A stretch of DNA of 13,140 nucleotides, from contig JBEKES010000026.1 of assembly GCA_050013715.1 (NCBI GenBank), positions 1 through 13,140 of the forward strand, read 5' to 3'. Shown piece by piece: positions 6,928-13,140 of this stretch; positions within the stretch are counted from its first letter, which is position 1, and every line of letters begins with the position of its first letter. The DNA is from Candidatus Micrarchaeaceae archaeon. Its GTDB lineage: Archaea; Micrarchaeota; Micrarchaeia; Micrarchaeales; Micrarchaeaceae. The notes under the pieces were generated by a model. It had not been told where the DNA came from. It saw only the letters and a program-made list of their open reading frames with translations, and did no database searches. The position numbers and the translations under genes are program-made.

Positions 6928-7491
6928 TCACCTATTTAGAGGAATTATTCCCTGTGGAGTTACATGGAAATAGCTAATCTGTTCCTGATTGAATTGCTTC
7001 ATAAAATATTCTATGTTATCTATCTTGTCCTCGTATAATTCTATTTGTGAATAATTTCCTGTTTCAAGAATTTCTTTTATTTTTTCTGCCTTCCATATTT
7101 CATCCTCAACTCCAAGAAACTTTTCTTCCCTCATTATCAACTGATCGTAAGGAATATTGTGTCTACCTAGCATTTCTAAAGTATTCTGAAGGACGCTGTC
7201 TGCTCTGGCAGTAAGAATTATGACATCTTTTTGATTTATGCCTGCATTTATTGTTCTCAACATCGCTTCATTTGGAGTCATTAGATACGTGTACTTGGTT
7301 GCTGCAAGATAGTAGATTGGTCTCTTTATTTTTCGTGCTAACTTGCTTACCTCTGATCTAGGCATAAATTTTCCAGTCAGTTCTTGTGCTGCAGTAGATA
7401 ACGCAGAATTATTGAACATCACGGTGTCATCCAAATCCAGAAGCAGAAGTTTTGTCTGTTGTTTTGTTTTGAGAGAAATTGTTTTTGTCAT
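6928..7491 (-). CDS. HAD-superfamily phosphatase (PNKP 3'-phosphatase / RNA-repair HAD-like)
   Basis: Motif I LLLLDLDDT, motif II IILTAR, PYDQLIMR, motif III DEIWK, motif IV LYEDK. Subfamily call is inference from TAR, LxMR and YED. Confidence 0.85.
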   Translation of the reverse strand: MTKTISLKTKQQTKLLLLDLDDTVMFNNSALSTAAQELTGKFMPRSEVSKLARKIKRPIYYLAATKYTYLMTPNEAMLRTINAGINQKDVIILTARADSVLQNTLEMLGRHNIPYDQLIMREEKFLGVEDEIWKAEKIKEILETGNYSQIELYEDKIDNIEYFMKQFNQEQISYFHVTPQGIIPLNR

Positions 7492-7521
7492 AGCATCACA
7501 ATACTATGACGATTATTCCAG

Positions 7522-7564
7522 TACATATATCTTAGGGATAAAGTATATATATTTGATATATGTA
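7522..7564. promoter_or_regulatory. divergent promoter with a 10-bp inverted repeat flanking a TATA element
   Basis: TACATATATC (7522-7531) and GATATATGTA (7555-7564) are exact reverse complements. The 23-nt spacer contains TATATATA about 25-30 nt before ATG 7575. Confidence 0.5.
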
Positions 7565-7574
7565 ATATATATTT

Positions 7575-8450
7575 ATGGAAAAACATATTTTTAAGTTTGG
7601 AAACAGCAGCTTGGCTTTCATAGTCCCGAAAAAGTGGACCGATAAGAACAAAATTCTGCCATCATCAATTATTCAGGTAAATGAAACAGAGCATGGAGAA
7701 TTGCTGATTTCTGCAGAGCAAAACAAAAAAGACAGGAAAATTGTTGCGATAAATTCGAAATTAGACCCGGATATTGTTGCAAGATGGGCTGGTTTGCACT
7801 ACATGTACGGGATAAGTAATGTTGCTTTTAAATCATCAGATACCATAACAAAGAAACAGGTAGAAGCTGTAGAAAATGAAATCCAAATAGAATGCCCTGG
7901 ATTTGAAATAGTAAATCAGTCAAGCAGCGAGATACAGATTGAAGATTTCACAGACATTAGGGAAGTTGACATAGAGAAAGTTGTAGCAAGATTAAGATCA
8001 TTGCTGGATCAGGAATTCATAGAATTAAAAAATGGAAATAAGGATACAGTTGAAAGGCTAGAACAGCTTGTTGACCGATTCTATATGCTTGGATTCAGGT
8101 ACGTGAGCATAAAGCAACCGAAAAACATGCTGAAATATTATAGGATAATACAGCTCATGGAAATGATGAGCGACACTATTTATTTGATAAGTAGGGATAC
8201 GAATCTTAGCAAAGGAACGGAAGTAATTATTGATATGCTCAAAGAGCAATTCAAGGCCAGTGAAAATGCAGTAAAAGGAGATAGAAAGGCGATAATAAAG
8301 ATTACCATTTTGCGAAAAGAAATAAGAGAAGCATTTGGAAAAATGAGAATAAGCGACATACAAAAGAAGCTGTTCAGGGAGATGACTTCTTACTCTTGCC
8401 AGATTGGAGAATTTGGTTTGCTGGAAAGCGATAATATCTTCATAAACTGA
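7575..8450 (+). CDS. archaeal phosphate uptake regulator-like protein (AbrB N-terminal domain plus PhoU-like helices)
   Basis: N-terminal KFGNSSLAFIVPKKW (AbrB/MazE-like), central YMYG...PGFEIV, and PhoU-like helices (EQLVDRFY, MEMMSD). Confidence 0.8.
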   Translation: MEKHIFKFGNSSLAFIVPKKWTDKNKILPSSIIQVNETEHGELLISAEQNKKDRKIVAINSKLDPDIVARWAGLHYMYGISNVAFKSSDTITKKQVEAVENEIQIECPGFEIVNQSSSEIQIEDFTDIREVDIEKVVARLRSLLDQEFIELKNGNKDTVERLEQLVDRFYMLGFRYVSIKQPKNMLKYYRIIQLMEMMSDTIYLISRDTNLSKGTEVIIDMLKEQFKASENAVKGDRKAIIKITILRKEIREAFGKMRISDIQKKLFREMTSYSCQIGEFGLLESDNIFIN

Positions 8451-8519
8451 AGAACAAAAAGTTACCAAAATTAACGCAATCATTTAATACTTAACCACAG
8501 AAGATGCATTGGGTGGAGA

Positions 8520-9269
8520 ATGGCCGTGAAAGAGCTCGCAGAGTCGAAAAAGAGAAATCCTATTATTGAATTTCCTGAAGGAGTAATGTTATCTCACATC
8601 AATGACTCTAGAACTGCAAGATGGGCAGAAAGACAAATTTTCCCAGAAAGGTTGTGGAGTACCGGTAGTATAGAGCCAAGCAGGCACATCGAAAATGGAT
8701 TGTTGGCCCGACCTCAAATAGAACACCTATTGAGAGATAAGAGCGTAACTGTTTTAAGCGTAAACTCCGGCAAAAGATACTTTGAGACGTTGCTGGTTAA
8801 AGGCTATGGGATATCTCCGCACCAGATTACAGTGGCAGGAGACGATCCGTTTGGGAACAAGGAGCCTTCAGTAGTAAGCAGATTCGGAGATGTTGTAAAA
8901 ATGGATATGTTCCAGAAGAACTGGCCTTTGGAAGGAAGGCATTACGATTATGTGCTGGTTGCAGGGCTTGGAAGCGTACAGGAGAGAATAGTAGAAAATG
9001 CTCTTTGCCTGACAGGCGCAAACGGCCAATTAAGATATGATTTCCACGGACTGCACGGGCGTGTAAAGAATGTATTAGGAAGGACATTAGTTTATGAAAA
9101 GGAGATAAAGTTCTTTGAAGACCTGAAAAAGAAATTAGAAAAGGAATATAGTCCCATGGCCGTTGATTATGACGAGGACCTTCTGATCATCGAAAGAGGA
9201 ACATCTTCCAAAGACATTAATCTGCTTCCGGAAAGATCCGTAGCACGCCTGAGAAAAGAAGGCTACTGA
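8520..9269 (+). CDS. hypothetical protein, possible degenerate class I SAM-methyltransferase fold
   Basis: 249 aa, upstream GGTGGAG SD-like and TTTAATA TATA-like motifs. VTVLSVNSG, KMDMF, HYDYVLV and LTGANGQLR occur in methyltransferase order and spacing, but the glycine-rich motif is incomplete. Confidence 0.5.
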   Translation: MAVKELAESKKRNPIIEFPEGVMLSHINDSRTARWAERQIFPERLWSTGSIEPSRHIENGLLARPQIEHLLRDKSVTVLSVNSGKRYFETLLVKGYGISPHQITVAGDDPFGNKEPSVVSRFGDVVKMDMFQKNWPLEGRHYDYVLVAGLGSVQERIVENALCLTGANGQLRYDFHGLHGRVKNVLGRTLVYEKEIKFFEDLKKKLEKEYSPMAVDYDEDLLIIERGTSSKDINLLPERSVARLRKEGY

Positions 9270-9306
9270 ATTGCAGCATATGCTAAATAGGTAAGCAATT
9301 ACGTTT

Positions 9307-9876
9307 TCAATTGATTTCCTTTATGCCTTCGTTAGTTACGTAAAAGTAATTCACATTTGGGCCAAGGCGCGACATGAAGTAGGCTATGTTGTCTATCTTG
9401 TCCTCGTAAATGCTTATTTGTGAATATTTTTTAATAAGCGCCTTTATCTGCGCAACTTTCCATTTCTCATCGGGCGTGTTTCTGCGCTCTGGCTTTCTCA
9501 TTATCAATTGATCGTAGGGAACCAAATATTTTTTCAGTATTCTTGTCAAACCTTTCCTTACTTCCGGTATGTCCAAATCTGCAGTGAGTATTATTATCTG
9601 CATTTTAGCTGTATTGTCCCTCATTACTCTTATTGTGGCTTCGTTGGGCTGCACATAAATGGCGAACTCCGTTGCCACAAGATCATAGATCTGGCCTTTT
9701 GTCACTTTTGGCAGATTCCTTACATCTTTGCGGAGCATTTCTCTTCCCACAACTTTTTGAGCTGCCATTCTTGTTGCATCATCAGTAAATAGTATTGTCC
9801 CGATCAAATCCATGACAAGCAAGGTTTTCTTGTCTTTGTGGGATTTTGCTGCTGCTGTTGCAGTTGTAGTTGACAT
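9307..9876 (-). CDS. HAD-superfamily protein, paralog of 6928..7491 with degenerate motif I
   Basis: Aligns full length with 6928..7491 (PNEA, IILTA, PYDQLIMR, DExWK, YSQI, YEDKIDNIxYFM). Motif I is DLIGT and motif II is TAD. Confidence 0.85.
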   Translation of the reverse strand: MSTTTATAAAKSHKDKKTLLVMDLIGTILFTDDATRMAAQKVVGREMLRKDVRNLPKVTKGQIYDLVATEFAIYVQPNEATIRVMRDNTAKMQIIILTADLDIPEVRKGLTRILKKYLVPYDQLIMRKPERRNTPDEKWKVAQIKALIKKYSQISIYEDKIDNIAYFMSRLGPNVNYFYVTNEGIKEIN

Positions 9877-9900
9877 TTTATCACTTTGTTAACTGGTTTG

Positions 9901-12099
9901 CTATTCCATGAACTGCTCCGCCTTTGGAGGCTCTTCCGGCTGTCCTTTCCTTTTTCTTATTTCCCTTACTATTTTGTTCTGCAATTCAGATGGCAGTCTT
10001 TCGTATCCTGCAAATTCGTAGTACCAGATCGCCCTTCCCTGCGTTGCGCTTCTCAATCCATTGGAAAATCCTTTGATTACCTCTGAAACTGGCATCTTTG
10101 CGGTTATGGACATTTGCTCCCTATCCTGTGCGATGTTCTGCACCTGCCCTCTTCTGCTTTGCAGCATTGTTATTACGTCACTCATGTATTCCTGAGGAAC
10201 ATTAATCGTAAATAATTGCTTCGGTTCTACCAGCGAAACTCCAGAAGTGAGCATTGCTGCGTAGATTCCTCTTCTTATGGCTGGTATTATCTGCGCTGGG
10301 CCTCTATGCACTGGATCCTCGTGTATTGTTGCATCAACTATTTTTACTAATACACCAGAGCATTTCTCCCTTGCCAATGGGCCGTCTCTCATAGCTTCTA
10401 CAAATCCATCCGTTAGCAGTTCCATTACTTCATTCAAATATTGCACCCCGTGGCTTGCATCCACGAGCATTGAATTGTTGGATACATAGACAACGCCCTT
10501 TGCTGTTGGCCTGTCCAATCCGGCATCTATCATTGCCTGAACTGCTACCTGTCCTTTCGGCGCACCATCCCTTATGGATCCTTCGTCAAGCGCCTTTAGT
10601 ATTGATTCCTTTAATGGTTCAACCGTAACATAAAACTTTGAATGTCTGTTTGGAGTTTTTCCTTCTATTGGACCTGCCATCTTGTCTATTACTTCGTGAT
10701 ACACGACAATGGGCTCGCTCGTTGTAATTGGAATCATGAATTCGTCCCTTAATTTTGTCTCTATTATTTCCAAATGTAATTCTCCCATTCCGCTTATCAG
10801 ATGTTCTCCTGTCTCCTGATTAAGTTCGACTTTTATTGTTGGATCCTGCTTTGACAATACTCTCAATGCCTCGATAAGTTTTGTAGTGTCCCTTGAGTCC
10901 TTTGCCTCTACTGCCTTTGTCACTACAGGCTTCGAATAGTGGGTTATCTGCTCGAAGGGCTCTATTCCCTCTTCGCTAAGCGTATCGCCAACTGAAATGT
11001 CCTTCAATCCTATTATTGCTGCTATGTTCCCGGCTGGAAGTGCATCAACTATTACTCGGTCCTGGCCCATGTAGATTCCTACCTGCTGTATTTTCTGTGT
11101 GTTTGCTCGACCAGATATGTGCAATTCAGTTCCTTTCTTCGCAACACCGGAGAACACTCTTCCTACTGCAATTTCACCGCTGTGCTGATCGTAAATTATA
11201 TTGAATACAACAATGTTCGTTTTTGCGCTTTTGTCTACGCTTGTCATGGCCTTTCCCTCAATGCTTTCTATGTTGCCGTGCCATATTTGAGGAATTCTGT
11301 ATTGCTGTGCAATATCAGGGCTTGGCAAATGGTCTATTATCATTGCAAGAACAGCTTCATCTATAGGAGCAACTTCCTGCAGTTTCTTGAGGCCTTCATC
11401 ACCCTGCATTGTGTATTCGAAAATTTCCTTGAATGTTATTTTGTACTTGTCCATTATGTACTTTGAGATTGCCCATCGGTCATAGGCAGAGCCGAAGCAT
11501 ATGCTTCCGTTTTCAACGCTTACCTTCCATTTGCCCATGAATTCCTCAGGAACGTATTGATCAATTAGCTTGTTTATGTTGTTTATCAATTCGAACAATC
11601 GTTCCATTGTCTGCTCTGGAGTAAGCCTTAATTCAGTTAATAGTCTATCGGTCTTGTTTACGAAAAGCACCGGCTTCGCCTTTTCCTTAAGTGCTTGTCT
11701 TAATACGGTTTCTGTTTGAGGCATTATTCCCTCTACAGGATCAACAACAAGCACAACTCCGTCAACTGCCCTCATGGATCTCGTTACGTGGCCGCCGAAG
11801 TCCACGTGGCCAGGAGTGTCTATCAAATTAATAATATAATCAGCATCCTTGTAGACGAATCCCAAGGATATGTTAGCAGATTTTATTGTCATTCTCCTGT
11901 CTTTCTCTATTGCCTCGTAATTGGTATATAGGACATCTCCGGAAACTGCCTTTGATATCAAACCAGCCTTTACAAGCAGAGAATCGGTAAGCGTTGTTTT
12001 CCCGTGGTGCACGTGGGCGATTATTGCAATGTTTCGTATGTGCTTCGTGTCTCCAAGTATTTTTGTAATCTCTTCAACTATGTATTCCTTTCTTACCAT
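9901..12099 (-). CDS. fusA: translation elongation factor aEF-2
   Basis: 732 aa. IRNI...HGKTT, DTPGHVDF, NKTD, GMGELHLE, KTPNRH, diphthamide loop HEDPVHRGPAQ. Directly follows rps7. Confidence 0.98.
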   Translation of the reverse strand: MVRKEYIVEEITKILGDTKHIRNIAIIAHVHHGKTTLTDSLLVKAGLISKAVSGDVLYTNYEAIEKDRRMTIKSANISLGFVYKDADYIINLIDTPGHVDFGGHVTRSMRAVDGVVLVVDPVEGIMPQTETVLRQALKEKAKPVLFVNKTDRLLTELRLTPEQTMERLFELINNINKLIDQYVPEEFMGKWKVSVENGSICFGSAYDRWAISKYIMDKYKITFKEIFEYTMQGDEGLKKLQEVAPIDEAVLAMIIDHLPSPDIAQQYRIPQIWHGNIESIEGKAMTSVDKSAKTNIVVFNIIYDQHSGEIAVGRVFSGVAKKGTELHISGRANTQKIQQVGIYMGQDRVIVDALPAGNIAAIIGLKDISVGDTLSEEGIEPFEQITHYSKPVVTKAVEAKDSRDTTKLIEALRVLSKQDPTIKVELNQETGEHLISGMGELHLEIIETKLRDEFMIPITTSEPIVVYHEVIDKMAGPIEGKTPNRHSKFYVTVEPLKESILKALDEGSIRDGAPKGQVAVQAMIDAGLDRPTAKGVVYVSNNSMLVDASHGVQYLNEVMELLTDGFVEAMRDGPLAREKCSGVLVKIVDATIHEDPVHRGPAQIIPAIRRGIYAAMLTSGVSLVEPKQLFTINVPQEYMSDVITMLQSRRGQVQNIAQDREQMSITAKMPVSEVIKGFSNGLRSATQGRAIWYYEFAGYERLPSELQNKIVREIRKRKGQPEEPPKAEQFME

Positions 12100-12108
12100 G
12101 AGGACCAG

Positions 12109-12843
12109 CTACTTTGCACTTCTTGCCATACGCTCTATTTCGTTCTTGCGCTTTATTGCGTAGGAATTAACATCAACATTTGCTGCAAGTATTAGTTCAT
12201 TTGCAAGAGCTTCAGATATGCTCCTCTTGTTTCCGAATGCACCTATTATTGTAGCCATTGTTATGTTTCTGATTGCGATGTCAAGCCTTCTGCTTGCACT
12301 TATGTCTACAGCAACATTGGATTTGATTCCACCGTAAACAACTCGTGTTGTGTCTTCTATGGGAGCGCTGTTCTCCAGTGCGCGTATCAGCACTTGCAGT
12401 GGATTCTTCCCTGTTTGCTTGTTTATTATTTGAAATGCGTTCTCTATGATGTGCATTGTCTTGAGCTTCTTGCCTTGTAATCGTCCCTTTGTTCTTATTA
12501 TGTGGCCGCCTATCTTTCCTCCTGTGCCTCCCCTCATCAGAGAATTGCTGAGCCTTTCAACAATGTTAAGATTAGCTTTCGAGAAGCTTTTCTGGCTCTG
12601 CCTTCTATAGGTAGATGGATACGCAAGCGGTTTCAGATTAACGTAATTCTTAAGGCTAAGGTCCTGTATTTCAACATTGTAATCATACTTGTCGAAAAGG
12701 AGAGTTGAGCCAGATGACATTGAGTTTGATTCCTCTTTCTGAACTGGCTTTTCAACCTTGACTCGTTTTGGCTTTGCTGCTGTTGCTGGCTTTGGTGCTT
12801 CTGCAGTTTTGATTTCAACATTTGGAGTTTTTGCTTCAGCCAT
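12109..12843 (-). CDS. rps7: 30S ribosomal protein S7 (uS7) with low-complexity N-terminal extension
   Basis: IVERL.NSLMR, GKK, NPLQVLIRALENSAP, YGG, VAVDIS..RRLD, SYAIKRKNEIERMARSAK. Confidence 0.97.
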   Translation of the reverse strand: MAEAKTPNVEIKTAEAPKPATAAKPKRVKVEKPVQKEESNSMSSGSTLLFDKYDYNVEIQDLSLKNYVNLKPLAYPSTYRRQSQKSFSKANLNIVERLSNSLMRGGTGGKIGGHIIRTKGRLQGKKLKTMHIIENAFQIINKQTGKNPLQVLIRALENSAPIEDTTRVVYGGIKSNVAVDISASRRLDIAIRNITMATIIGAFGNKRSISEALANELILAANVDVNSYAIKRKNEIERMARSAK

Positions 12844-12847
12844 TTGA

Positions 12848-13140
12848 TCAGCGTTTTGGTTTGTCCTTCTTACCTGCCCTTACTAATTGTATATTTGCAC
12901 CGTTCACTTCAACAACTTTGTATTTCATTCCTGGTATGCATCCCATCTGTCCTCTTTGGGATCCACCCAATCCTTCTATCGTTACCTCATCGTGCTCGTC
13001 AATGAATCCAACGGATCCGTCTCCGGGAACGAATGCCCCTACAACTTTTCCATTCTTTATTATTTGAACGCGAACACATTTTATCTGACCAGAGTGAGGT
13101 TGCTTCTGACCTACTGCAAATTTCTGAAGTACAAGTCCCT
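12848..13140 (-). CDS. rps12: 30S ribosomal protein S12 (uS12), 5' part outside window
   Basis: Not in the ORF track. Manual translation from 13138: GLVLQKFAVGQKQPHSGQIKCVRVQIIKNGKVVGAFVPGDGSVGFIDEHDEVTIEGLGGSQRGQMGCIPGMKYKVVEVNGANIQLVRAGKKDKPKR*. Confidence 0.97.
   Translation of the reverse strand, partial: GLVLQKFAVGQKQPHSGQIKCVRVQIIKNGKVVGAFVPGDGSVGFIDEHDEVTIEGLGGSQRGQMGCIPGMKYKVVEVNGANIQLVRAGKKDKPKR

Noticed and set aside
7343..9087. ORFs 7343..7594, 8058..8483 and 8827..9087
   Set aside because: Overlap better-supported genes on the opposite strand.
9269..9300. Palindrome AGCATATGCT and AATTGC/GCAATT pair between convergent genes
   Set aside because: Short and compatible with chance. 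No U-tract, so not called as a terminator.
10290..10323. EF-2 as a diphthamide-less paralog or an intein-containing gene
   Set aside because: The HRG target loop is intact (His at 10306-10308), the 732 aa length is typical, and the gene position is canonical.
9508..13067. Alternative-frame ORFs over the second HAD, EF-2, rps7 and rps12 (including 12633..12821 and 12822..13067)
   Set aside because: Shadow ORFs of conserved genes. The poly-Q in 12633..12821 is an off-frame reading of the Ala/Thr/Pro codons of uS7.
1..13140. CRISPR array, tRNA/rRNA, transposase/integrase, or stop-codon reassignment
   Set aside because: None seen by eye. TAA, TAG and TGA each terminate conserved genes at the expected positions (rpl24e, EF-2, rps12).

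Overview
Archaeal chromosomal window, probably from a DPANN lineage such as Micrarchaeota (inferred from divergent archaeal-type ribosomal proteins, GGTG/GTGA Shine-Dalgarno motifs and TATA boxes). It holds two minus-strand translation clusters: rps12 (partial)-rps7-EF-2 and rpl7ae-rps28e-rpl24e. rps12 and rpl24e are absent from the ORF track. Between the clusters is a ~4 kb accessory block with two paralogous HAD phosphatases (one with a degenerate active site), a histidine phosphatase, an AbrB-PhoU regulator and two hypothetical proteins. The left part carries a vapBC toxin-antitoxin pair, a winged-helix protein, a sequon-rich membrane-anchored surface protein and several hypotheticals. The main signals are a kink-turn that sequesters the rpl7ae SD inside a possibly switchable leader, paired substitutions at the EF-2 monovalent-cation site, altered uS12 decoding-site motifs, and the phosphatase block.
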